Shown: in pieces, positions 1 to 15,465 of the stretch
How positions within the stretch are numbered: position 1 is the first letter of the stretch
Layout: each line of letters starts with the position of its first letter
Source of the DNA: Malacoraja senta
Taxonomy: Eukaryota
Assembly (NCBI GenBank): GCA_038087875.1
Contig: CM075988.1
Coordinates: forward strand, 22,942,001-23,006,000
DNA: 64,000 bases
Direction of reading: 5' to 3'
Notes under the pieces: generated by a model
Database searches by the model: none
Told to the model about the DNA's origin: nothing
What the model saw: the letters and a program-made list of their open reading frames with translations, nothing else
Translations under genes and position numbers: made by a program

Positions 1-41
1 GTGATCTGGAACTTGTTGCTTTAACCGACCTCTGGTCTAAT

Positions 42-345
42 CGACAATAGGCAATTGGTGCAGGAGTAGGCTGTTCGGCCCTTCAAGCCAGCACCGCCAT
101 TCAATGTGATCCTGGCTGATCATCCATAATCAGTACCCCGTTCCTGCTCCCCATATCCCCTGACTACGCTATCTTCAAGAGCCCTATCTAGATCTCCCTT
201 GAAAGTTTCCAGAGAACCGACCTCCACCACCCTCTGAGGCAGAGAATTCTACAGACTCACAACTCTCTGTGTGAAAAAGTGTTTCCTCATCTCTGTTCTA
301 AATGGCTTGCCCCTTATTCTTAAACTGTGGCCCCTGGTTCTGGCC
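42..345 (-). mobile_element. CR1/HER1 LINE 3' fragment (duplicated at ~7671..7973)
   Basis: Reverse strand reads as the CR1 ORF2 C-terminus (RGHSLRIRG...RVV.LWNSLP type) with a gacaata-type tail. Confidence 0.85.
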
Positions 346-519
346 TCTGTCACAATATGACCTGACCAAAAATGTTGTTTAATAGCACTGTTGTATAGTT
401 TATTGTGTTAAGTTAATAATTTTATTAAATGTTTTTGTGAGGTTGGATGTGGAAAAACTAAGGCCAAGGATGAGAGTTCAAAAATAAGGGGTTGTCCAGA
501 GAAGCCAGAGAGTGGAATG

Positions 520-876
520 AAATGGAAGTTTACAAAATCATGAGAGGAATAGATCGGGTAGATGCACAGAGTCTATTGCACAGATTAGGGGAATCGAGGA
601 CCAGAGGACATAGGTTAAAGATGAAGGGGAAAAGATTTAATAGGAATCCGAAGGATGGTGGGTGTACGGAACAAGCTGTCGGAGGAGGTAGTTGAGGCTG
701 GGACTATCCCATCGTTTAAAAGACAGTTGGACAGGTACATGGATAGGACAGGTTGGGAGGGATATGGACCAAGCGCAGGTAAGTGGGACTAGTGTAGCTG
801 GGACATTGTTGGCCGGTGTTTGCAAGTTGGACCGAAGGGCCTGTTTCCACACTGTATCACACTACGACTCTATGAC
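520..876 (+). mobile_element. CR1/HER1 LINE 3' fragment (duplicated at ~8149..8505)
   Basis: EVYKIMRGIDRVD...SRTRGHRLK motif and ccgaagggcctgtttcc 3' stem-loop followed by a gactctat tail. Confidence 0.9.
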
Positions 877-1236
877 TCCAGGAGGAGCGATATCTTCTCT
901 CAGTGTCCTGAATCACACTTGCGCAAAGGATGATGGATATTTAAAGTTATTGAGTATTTTTAGGGTAACAATTCCTGCATAAAAGTTGTGAAAAGTTATT
1001 TAGGAGGCTGTGAAGGCTTTGGAGAAGGTGCAGAAGAGGTTTAACAGAAGGCTGACACAAAATGCTGGAGAAACTCAGCGGGTGAGGCAGCATCTATGGA
1101 GAGAAGGAATTGGCGACGTTTCGGGTCAAGGCCCATCCTGGATTAGAGAGTAATCTAATGAGGAGAGCTTGGGCCAACATGGATTGGTTTCTCTGGATCT
1201 ACGGAGGCTGAGGGGAGCTGATAAAATTATATAAAA

Positions 1237-1620
1237 CTAGATCAAGTGGGACCCATTGGGTCCAGTCCCCTCAATGATTGGTTACAGAGGGGGGGGGTGG
1301 GGGGGGGCGGCGTCACACACACGCACACACGCACACACGCACACACGCACACACGCACACACGCACACGCACACACGCACACACGCACACACGCACACAC
1401 GCACACACACACACGCACACACACTAACCACCACGCACACACACTAACCACCCCCACACACACACACACACACACGCACACACGCACACACGCACACACG
1501 CACACACGCACACGCGCACACGCGCACACACACACACTAACCACCCCCCACACACATGCGCACGCGCACACACACACACACACTAACCACCCACCCCCCA
1601 CCACACAAGCACACACAGGA
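1237..1620 (-). mobile_element. Putative non-autonomous Helitron 3' end with CA-rich compound minisatellite (expanded copy at ~8866..9790)
   Basis: On the minus strand a GGACCC-aat-GGGTCC hairpin lies ~8 nt before a terminal CTAG followed by T; the element interrupts an old CR1 fragment; no 5' TC terminus found. Confidence 0.55.
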
Positions 1621-2313
1621 GGGGCAAAGATTAAAGGGGCAAGGTCTTTACACAGAGTGGTGTGTGTCTGGAATGCACTGCAAGGGTGATTGTGGGAGAT
1701 ATTATTATTATTATAGTTATTATTATTGATATGATATTGATGTATAAGAGGCTTTTAGATAGGCACATGAACGAATGTGCAGGAACCGCAGGGATATGGA
1801 TCACATGTAGGCAGAGGAGATTAGTTGAACTTGGCATCCTGTTCAAAGCACACATTTTGGGCCAAAGGGCCTGTTCCTGCACTGTTGCATTGTTCTATGT
1901 TCCCCTTGAACCATTTCATATGTTACTTTAAATAAATAAATAAATAAATTGGTGGAATGTGATGTTCATAACAAGGCTGACTGGGTAGCACGCAACAAAA
2001 GCTTTCCACTGTACCTCGGTACACGTGACAATAAACTAAACTGAACTGAACTGGGGAACTGCAGGCTGTGGCACGACTATTTTGGGGCCCTATCATGTGC
2101 CAATTGTGACCACTTTTTAAACAGAGTGCACTTGAAATATATTCTATTTATTGATTTTCAAGTTCCTTGGGCTATCCTACGGTTGTGAAAGATGATAACG
2201 ATAAACATTGCTTAATGTATAAGAAGTGATTTTCAGGATCAAACTGTTAGGGGAATTCAGACTGGTTGAGAATCCAGAAGGGTTTGTATAGAAGCCTAAA
2301 CACTGGTTTGAAT

Positions 2314-2631
2314 GGGCGGCACGGTGGCGCAGCAGTAGAGTTGCTGCTTTACAGCACCAGAGACCCAGGTTCGATCCTGACTATGGATGTTGTACGTACT
2401 TTGTACGTGCTCTCCGTGACCTGCGTGGGTTTTCTTTGGGTGCTCTGATTTCATCCCACATTCCAAAAATGTACAGGTGTTTGGGCGCTTCGTCATTTTA
2501 TTTAAGACGCTTGGTCGATTTAATTGCAAATCGTCCCTGGTGGGTGTGGGATAGTGTTGGTGTATGGGGATCGCTGGTTGGCCTGTGGGCCGAAGTGCCT
2601 GTTTCCATGCTGTATAACTCAACTAAACTAA
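2314..2631 (+). mobile_element. HE1/V-SINE (tRNA-derived; duplicated at ~10482..10799)
   Basis: A box ggtggcgcagcagtag, B box ggttcgatcc, V-domain core, CR1-type tail and (aaact)n. Confidence 0.9.
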
Positions 2632-2688
2632 GGCGTGTTTGTATGTCCTTTCTTAATGTTTACCTCATTGTCTTTTAACCCTCTGAAG

Positions 2689-2968
2689 ATGGAAGCTAAT
2701 GGGTCGTGGCTACATTTGGAGAGAATTTGTCTATCTCACGATCCCTTTTCGGGGGTTGGCATATGAACTGATGTCAAATCACACCGCTGGGCAACACATT
2801 AGTAACACGCTTGATGTGCTCAAATCAATATTGGTTTCTGTTGGTAAAGACCTGCATGAAGAACTTGGCAGTGAAGCCTACGCCAAAATACATGATGAGC
2901 TGGTGTCAATCCACAAAAACATTAAACAGTACCGCCGCCGTGATGAGACCCGGCACCCCCACCTTTAA
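2689..2968 (+). CDS. Terminal coding exon (exon 4) of apolipoprotein-like gene copy A; upstream exons lie left of the window
   Basis: Pyrimidine tract + AG ending at 2688; phase-2 entry matches the exon-3 donor phase; encodes WKLMGRGYIWREF...ISNTLDVLKSILVSVGKDLHEELGSEAYAKIHDELVSIHKNIKQY with amphipathic helical periodicity; ATTAAA at 3167 and 3239. Confidence 0.72.
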
Positions 2969-3276
2969 CCACCCAATCGCGGTCAACACCAAGAAAATTG
3001 AAGAAAGGGCGAGGAGAGATGCTCTTTGCGGAGACCCTACGAGAAATATACGAGCTGCTGTTATTGATGAACTGTTTCTCCACAGGGTGGGGGTGGGGGA
3101 GTTTTGGGTTGAGACCCTTCTTCAGACATTATGCCTTGTAGAACTTTATTCTAATTGAAAATTACTATTAAACAATGCGTGTTTGATCTAAACTCTGTAT
3201 TGTCTTTTCCATATTTCATCAATTCAAAATTAATTTTCATTAAAAATGTTACTAATGATGGTTCAGCTTCTACTGC

Positions 3277-3329
3277 GGGTGGGAGATTGCATCCTTCATG
3301 TGGTCTACCCTGTTTCAACTAATGCAATC
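3277..3329 (+). ncRNA. Minimal HDV/CPEB3-like ribozyme fold (this copy probably degenerate)
   Basis: P1 GGGTGG 3277-3282 / CTACCC(T) 3305-3311; P2 GATTGCA 3285-3291 / TGCAATC 3323-3329 (7 bp perfect); P3 TCC/GGT; L3 TTCATGT (CPEB3 L3 is UUCACGU); J4/2 CTAA with putative catalytic C3319. Confidence 0.7.
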
Positions 3330-3410
3330 AACCCGACGTCCACAAACAAGATCAAATAGAACAAGTTGAACTACAACTTTAGGCTGTGTACGCCATACAC
3401 AAGAAGAAGA
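3278..3410 (+). mobile_element. 133-bp non-autonomous retroelement with (AAG)n tail, probably Vingi/Ingi-dependent
   Basis: Exact 10-bp TSD ttctactgcg at 3268..3277 and 3411..3420; 3' end catacacaagaagaaga resembles cattcgcaagaagaag of the Vingi-like fragments in this window. Confidence 0.8.
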
Positions 3411-3501
3411 TTCTACTGCGATCTAGGAGCAATTTCCATTTTAGTTCACGCCTGATAAAATGTTTTTGAAGGTGGATTTGGTTTCCGATCTCCCTAGTTT
3501 G

Positions 3502-3811
3502 GGTGGCTCGGTGGTGTAGCGGTAGAGTTGCTGCCTTACTGCACTGGCAGCACCAGAGACTGTGTTCGATCCCGAGCTGTCTGCACGGAGTTTGCATGTT
3601 CGCCCCGTGACCGCATGGGTTTTCTCTGAGATCTTCGGTTTCCTGCCCCCACTCCAAAATACAGGTTTGCAGGTTAATTGGCTTGGGAGAAGTGTAAATT
3701 GGCCCTAGTGTGTGTAGGATGGTGTTAATGTGCGGGGATCGCTGGTCGTAGTGGCCTGGGTGGGCCGAAGGGCCTGTTTCTGCGCTGTACCTCTAATCTA
3801 AACTAAACTAA
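3502..3811 (+). mobile_element. HE1/V-SINE
   Basis: tRNA-like head, V-domain core, gggccgaagggcctgtttc tail. Confidence 0.88.
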
Positions 3812-4073
3812 TCTATTCAGACTGCTGCTGTGCTGGGTAATGGAGGTGATGTTGGACACTAGAGCTCTACAGAGGTACATGTATGCTGGAGCTGTGTGGA
3901 CAGGGCTCCTCAAGGCATCATGCCTAATAACAGGGAATGGCATCAAAAGAAAATGTCGCTGGTGTTGACCCAATGACTTCTAGGCAGATCAATAAAAACA
4001 TCAAGCTCGACACAAACAGCTGGAGTAACTCATCGCCTCAGGTAGCATCTCTGGAGAAATGGAATAGGTGATG

Positions 4074-4660
4074 TCACAGTGGCACAGCTGTAGAGTTGCT
4101 GGCCAAGACCCGGTTCGATCCTGACTACGGGTGCATTTGATTTAGTTTTAGAGATACAGCGCGGAAACAGGCCATTTGGCTCACCGGGTTTGTGCCGACC
4201 ACCGATCCCCGCACATTAACACCATCCTACACACACTAGGGATAATTTACCTACAAACCTGTACGTCTTTGGAGTGTCGGAAGCAACCGAAGATCTCGGA
4301 GAAAACCCACGCAAATGACGGGGAGAAGATACAAACTCCGTACAGACAGCACCCGTAGTCAGGATTGAAACCTGGTCTCTGCCGCTGCAAGCGCTGTAAG
4401 GCAGCAACTCTATCTGAATGCCACCGTGTGGACTGTCGGCAAGGAGTTTGGACATTTTCCCTGTGACCGTGTGGGTTTTCTCCGGGTGCTCGTGTTTCAT
4501 CCCAAACTCCAAACACGTTCAGATTTGTAGGCTAATTGGCTTTGGTAAAATTGTCCCTCGTGTGTGTAGGATAGTGTTAGTGTGGGGGTGTCGCTGGTCG
4601 GCGTGGACTCGGTGGGCTGAAGGGCCTTTTTTAGTACTGTATCTCGAAACGTAAAAACTA
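4074..4660. mobile_element. Cluster of HE1/V-SINE copies (minus copy ~4140..4427 between plus-strand pieces)
   Basis: HE1 consensus blocks in both orientations. Confidence 0.8.
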
Positions 4661-4992
4661 AAAAAGGTTTCGCGTTGAGACCCTTCTTCAGACGGAAAAA
4701 AAACTGTCATGTTGACAAAAAATACGAAAGGCAACATTTCCTGCTCTTGAAATTGAAATGTTACTTTAGTTTATAGTTGTCACGTGTACTGAGCTAAGGT
4801 TACAGTGAAAAGCTTTGTTTTGTACAAGATTTCATGTACAAGCAACTTTTGGATCAGTTGTGAACTAGAGTCTGGAGACTGGAGGTGTGGCAACAGTTGT
4901 ACTCAAGTCTAGGAATGGATCTTAGGTGTATCTGAGTCCTGGAATGTTGAAGATACAATTGAGACACAGAATGACCATCTCACTGTTACAAA

Positions 4993-5423
4993 CATGCTTT
5001 GACCTTTTGTGTGTGTTCCACAAGACCAGAGATTAGAACATGACCAGGCATTTTACAAAGTAGGGTTTCGTCAAAATTGACATTTATTCCTTGCTTATAT
5101 TACTTGGAAAACTGTAAAATCAGGTGGGGGAATTCAACTGTGTAGGAAGGAACGGCAGATGCTGGTTTAAACCAAAGTTAGACAAAAAAAGCTGGAGTAA
5201 GTCAGCGGCTCGGAGAGAAGGAATGGGTGACGTTTCGGGTCAAGACCTTTCTTCAGACTGAGTTACGCCAACTTTTTGTGACAATTTTCCGCAAATGTTT
5301 GCTGGACACAAACACTGAAAAATGTTTATCCTTGACTCCAGCCTGACGCACGCTAGGAAAGATGGAATTTGCACTGGTTGGCCATCTCTTATCAGATGTG
5401 GGAGATAACGTCCAGCTATTAAA
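4993..5423 (+). promoter_or_regulatory. Putative liver/gut-type promoter of apolipoprotein-like copy B (duplicated at ~11118..11548)
   Basis: TATTAAA 5417..5423; GATA sites CTTATC 5388 and AGATAA 5403; forkhead-like TGTTTGC 5296 and TGTTTAT 5323; HNF4/DR1-like CATGCTTTGACCT 4993..5005. Confidence 0.55.
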
Positions 5424-5446
5424 CAGCTGGGATCTGAGCCCCAGAC

Positions 5447-5477
5447 ACAAGACCGGCAGAGAGTCAATAGCAAGCAG
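5447..5477 (+). other. Putative short non-coding exon 1 of apolipoprotein-like copy B (copy C equivalent ends at 11602)
   Basis: Starts ~30 nt after the TATA-like box (start approximate) and ends at the strong donor CAG|GTAAGA, as expected for the ApoA-I-family 5'UTR exon. Confidence 0.6.
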
Positions 5478-5495
5478 GTAAGAGGGTTTTTTCTA

Positions 5496-5625
5496 CTGAA
5501 GAAGGGTTTCGGCCCGAAACGTTGCCTATTTCCTTCGCTCCATAGATGCTGCTGCACCCGCTGAGTTTCTCCAGCACTTTTGTCTACCTTCGATTTTCCA
5601 GCATCTGCATTTCCTTCTTAAACAA
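5496..5625 (+). mobile_element. Penelope-derived pLTR fragment with minimal hammerhead motif (duplicated at 11621..11750)
   Basis: CTGAAGA-aGGGTttcgGCCC-GAAAC-GTT core followed by the family body ctccatagatgctgc...tccagcatctgca. Confidence 0.75.
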
Positions 5626-6868
5626 AGTTTTGTTTCTGCTTGAGGCTGCACGGGAAGAAGACTGGTAAAGTAGGAACTTTTTGTTCAGTGATATTTCTGA
5701 TATTCAGCACCCCAAATGTCCTGATTACCAGAATATTTCTCAAACTGAGTGTGCTGGGTGTCACCAGGTCACATTGACCGGGACACACTGGGACCAGTCC
5801 CAGACAAGGTTGAGTCAGTTCGTCCAAGTGGGTGCAATGATAAGGACTCTTCTAACATCGTCAACAACTCTGAGAAAGATAGAGAACACACAGAGGTTTT
5901 CCATTCCTGGCTGTTGCAAAGATCCCGAGGTCTGATAAGTTTGCAGATCCTGAAGCTAATGTTGAAGATACTGGGAAGGCACAGTGGCAAAGCGACTGCC
6001 TTACAGCGCCCGACACCCTGGTTCAGGTGACTATGGGTGCTGTCTGTACGGAGTTTGTACGTTCTCCCTGTGACCGTGTGGGTTTTTTCCGGGTGTTCCG
6101 GTTTCCAAAGACGTGCGAGGTTGTATGTTAATTGGCTTCGGTAAATTGTCGCTAATGTGGAGGATAGAACTAGTGTTTGGGTGATTGTTGGTGAGCACGG
6201 ACTCCGTGTGCCGAAAGGTCTGTTTTGCACATGCCGACTAAGATGTCCCATCTACACTAGTCCCACCAGCCTGCCTTTGCCCCATATCCCTCTAAACCTT
6301 TCCTATCCATGTAACTGTCTAAATGTTGTTAAAGTACCTGCTTCAACTACCTCCTCTGGCTGTTCATTCCATAAACCTACCTCCTTTAATGTAAAAAATG
6401 ATGCCCTTCTGCTTTCTAGTAAATGTTCCCGTCTCACCTTAAACCTATGTCCTCTGGTTCTTCATTCCCCTAACCTGGATAAAAGGCTTTGCATTTACGC
6501 TATCTATTCCCCTCATGATGAAGGACAAAGGCTGAGTTTTTAAAGACAGGTATTAGGAAGATTGAAGGGAAAGGTTGTCGAAGCTTCAATGTGTTGAGAA
6601 ATCAATATGGGATAAGTTAAAAGGTGAGTGGTAAAGAGAACATTAAAAATGATAATATGAGGAAATGAACCCAAGGAAAGTGGAAAAAATGGTTTATTGT
6701 TTGTGCAAGTCTTAGAGCATCGCTAATTACTCGCGCTCGACTCCAGAAATAAACTTCAAGATTTAAATATCAACCTTTTTGGTAATGAATTGTGTACTCA
6801 ATGAACGGTAATGTTTATATCCATTGATTTCTGCAGCCTTTACAGAGAGTTGAGGACCTGACACCATC

Positions 6869-6911
6869 ATGAAGATATTCACTGTTGCTTTGGTGCTCTT
6901 GCTGGTTACAG
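6869..6911 (+). CDS. Apolipoprotein-like copy B exon 2 (signal peptide MKIFTVALVLLLVT-G)
   Basis: Acceptor at ctgcag|6837 or ttacag|6846; Kozak-like accatcATG; exactly 43 coding nt ending in phase 1 at G|GTACAG, the same layout as the ApoA-I signal-peptide exon (MKAAVLTLAVLFLT-G). Confidence 0.85.
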
Positions 6912-7462
6912 GTACAGAAGACAAACTCTTCAAACTAACCTAAACACAATCATGAAAAAGCACACGGAAAAATGTGAACGCACTAAATCGCCAGTATTGG
7001 TTGCCCTCATTGTCTTTCAATTTGTAGCATCTATTGATGAAGGGAGCAGTTTAGTTTAGTTTAGAGATACAGCGCGGAAACAGGGCCTTCAGCCCACCTT
7101 GTCCGCACCGACTAGCGATCCCCGCACATTAATACTATCCTACACACATCAGGGACAATTTTACATTCGTTCCAAGCGAATTAACAATTGGTGGCACATC
7201 AAGGTGCGGGGGGGCAGGGAACTGCTCATCTGATGGTGAGAGAGAGAGAGAGCTCAAGTATTGCCTGAGCAACAGGAAGAACTGCCTTGTTTTCTTCAGA
7301 CCCTCCTTGGTCTTCTTCACAACCTCCTTGTTCTTCTACAGAACAGGGGCAAGGGACATTCCGTACCCACCTGAAGACACAAGGTTTTTCTTCTCTTCCA
7401 AAAGACTATAGCAACAGCCTGGATTCTCGTGCCTCTCAGTGTTTTCCAATGTTTCTCCACAG

Positions 7463-7616
7463 GATCGCAGGGTGCAGCCATCCCTGCAGATGAGAGTCTG
7501 GGGGAAGATTCAACGGAATGGCTGACACCTTTTTGGGATTTGCAAAAGATCGGGACTGAAATTTTGGTCGTTTCCTGGGAAAAATTATCCAGTTTCCCTT
7601 TGTTCACAGAATTTTC
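7463..7616 (+). CDS. Apolipoprotein-like copy B exon 3 (GSQGAAIPADESLGEDSTEWLTPFWDLQKIGTEILVVSWEKLSSFPLFTEFS)
   Basis: Acceptor gtttctccacag and donor TC|GTAAGT; 154 nt, phase 1 to phase 2, open frame; TGSQG matches the ApoA-I signal-peptide end TGSQA. Confidence 0.85.
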
Positions 7617-7629
7617 GTAAGTATTCAAA

Positions 7630-13458
<5,829 letters not shown>

Positions 13459-13658
13459 NNNNNNNNNNNNNNNNNNNNNNNNNNNNNNNNNNNNNNNNNN
13501 NNNNNNNNNNNNNNNNNNNNNNNNNNNNNNNNNNNNNNNNNNNNNNNNNNNNNNNNNNNNNNNNNNNNNNNNNNNNNNNNNNNNNNNNNNNNNNNNNNNN
13601 NNNNNNNNNNNNNNNNNNNNNNNNNNNNNNNNNNNNNNNNNNNNNNNNNNNNNNNNNN
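13459..13658. other. Assembly gap (200 N)
   Basis: Run of N. Confidence 1.
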
Positions 13659-13771
13659 AGATAGTCCAAGGGTCACCAATCAGGTAGACAGTAGTTCAGC
13701 ACTGCTCTCTGCTTGTGTCATTTGCTCACAAACTCGGCATCCCATCTGTTCCTGAGCTCAGCTTCTTTGCC

Positions 13772-14288
13772 CCGGCACAGTGATGCAGCACTAGAGTTGC
13801 TACTTTACAGCGCCAGAGGCCCAATTCATAAGATCATAATATCATGTGATAGAAGTAGGAATCGGCCATTTGGCCCATCAATTCTACTCTGCCATTCAAT
13901 GATGGCTGATGTATCTCTCCCTCCAAACCCCATTCTTCTGCCTTCTCCCCATAACCTCTGACACCACAAGAATTTATCTATCTCTGCCTTAAATATATCC
14001 ATGGACTTGGCCTTCACAGCCTTCTGTGGTAAAGAATTCCACAGATTCACCACCCTCCATTCGATCCAGACTGCCGTCCGTATGGAGTTTGTACGTTCTC
14101 CCTGTGACCGCATGGGTTTTCTCCGGGATCTCCGGTTTCCTACCACACTCCAAAGACGTACAGGTTTGCAGGTTAATTGGCTTGGTATAATTGTAAATTG
14201 TCCCAAGTGCGTGTAGGATAGTGCAGGTGTGCGAGGATCGCTTGTCGGCGCGGACTCGGTGGGCCGATGGGGCTGTTTCCGCGCTGTA
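13772..14288. mobile_element. HE1 SINE (+) interrupted by a CR1 3' fragment (-, ~13827..14058)
   Basis: SINE head at 13772, remainder resumes at ttcgatcc ~14060; intervening sequence reads RVVNLWNSLPQKAV on the minus strand. Confidence 0.8.
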
Positions 14289-14540
14289 ATTTGGCTACGA
14301 TATTCGGCTGTGGGAAGGGATTTGCCGGCTCCGGACAGGCTGGAGTTCCAGAGTCCCGGCCGCTGGCGGCAAATTCGACCCGCCGATCGGCGAGGAAGTC
14401 CCGATGAGGTCAAGATCGGCCGCCTTGCCCGGCCTAGGCACCACGTTTTCAGGGGGACTTCCGGGGGGGATTTCAAGTACGCTCTCGTAATTTTGTCCAA
14501 TTAAGGAGAGGTGCCGGACCACCAGTTGGTGGTGGACCTG
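14289..14540. mobile_element. GC-rich partial MITE-like fragment (possibly Tc1/mariner-Tigger derived)
   Basis: CpG-rich segment ending ggtggtggacctg, a CAG-starting TIR-like end on the minus strand; opposite TIR not found. Confidence 0.35.
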
Positions 14541-14772
14541 CACCATTATAACGTAAAGGTTAAAACAGACTTCTCAGCTAAAATATGCTCATCTTACTCA
14601 TCGAGCAAGAAGCCCCATTTGGAAAAAGAATAATGTGCTCAGGAAAATAATTTTGCTCACTTGAAAGAGCATGTAAATCATGAGGTCTCAGTTTGTACAG
14701 CCTCAAGGACTAAAGTGGTGAGACAAGACAAACTTGTCTTCCCACAGACATCCGAGATTTAGCTCAATGTCA

Positions 14773-15085
14773 GGGTGGCACAGTGGCTCGGCAGTAGAGT
14801 TGCTGCCTCACAGCGCCAGAGACCTGGGTTCGATCCTGATTACGGGTGCTGTCTGTACGAAGTTTGTACGTTCTCCCTGTGACCGTGTGAGGTTTCTCCG
14901 GGTGCTCCAGTTTCCCCACACACTCCAAAGACGTGCGGGTTAGGAGGTTAGTTGGCTTTGGCAAGTTGTAAAAGATTGTCCCTAGTGTGCGTGGGTTAGT
15001 GTGCTGGGTGATTGCTGGTCAGCACAGACTCTTTGGGCCGAAGGGTCTGTTCCCACGCTGTAATTCTAGAGTCTAAAGTAAAGTC
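14773..15085 (+). mobile_element. HE1/V-SINE
   Basis: Full head-core-tail structure. Confidence 0.88.
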
Positions 15086-15465
15086 CAACTAGCCTCTGCT
15101 TCAATACCTAGTTTAAGAAAACAAAGTTGCCCGTTGTTTGTAGATTAGGGACGTAGTGGCAGTAGAGTTGCTGCCTTACAGTGCCAGAGACCTGGGTTCG
15201 ATCCTGATTACAGGCGCTGCTTCGTCAGTCAGCACCTGCGAGAAGGAACACTTCTGAACACCAGGCATCCTCATGAACTTTGGAACCGATGGTTTGGGCA
15301 GATGAGGTGATTAAAAATGATTGCATTATTTTAAAGCATGGCAAATATATTTAGCTTAATAATTTACAGTGCCAATAAGAAATAACATTTCAACTGGCAC
15401 AAATATAACAAAACCCATTGTTTGCAAGAGGAAATAGTTTCAAAAATAATTCTACCTATGAACAC

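Larger units (their letters stand above)
1..7629. repeat. Tandem segmental duplication, unit 1 (~7.6 kb)
   Basis: Sequence from position 1 (gtgatctggaacttgttgc) recurs at 7630 and stays colinear, with only scattered substitutions, up to the gap. Confidence 0.97.

Noticed and set aside
1242..1689. His/Thr-rich and Cys/Val-rich ORFs (also 8827..9785 and 19622..20081)
   Set aside because: Translations of (CA)n/(TG)n microsatellites
2314..2390. tRNA-like A/B boxes as tRNA genes (many copies)
   Set aside because: They are SINE heads continuing into V-domain and LINE tails, with no full cloverleaf
6615..6632. AAG|GTGAGT donor as alternative apolipoprotein exon 1
   Set aside because: No TATA or promoter motifs nearby and it lies in degraded repeat-like sequence; the 5477 donor fits better
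6869..7616. Assignment of the apolipoprotein-like gene to APOA1, APOA4, APOE, Apo-14 or type IV antifreeze protein
   Set aside because: Mature sequence is too divergent to name an orthologue by eye, so no gene symbol is given
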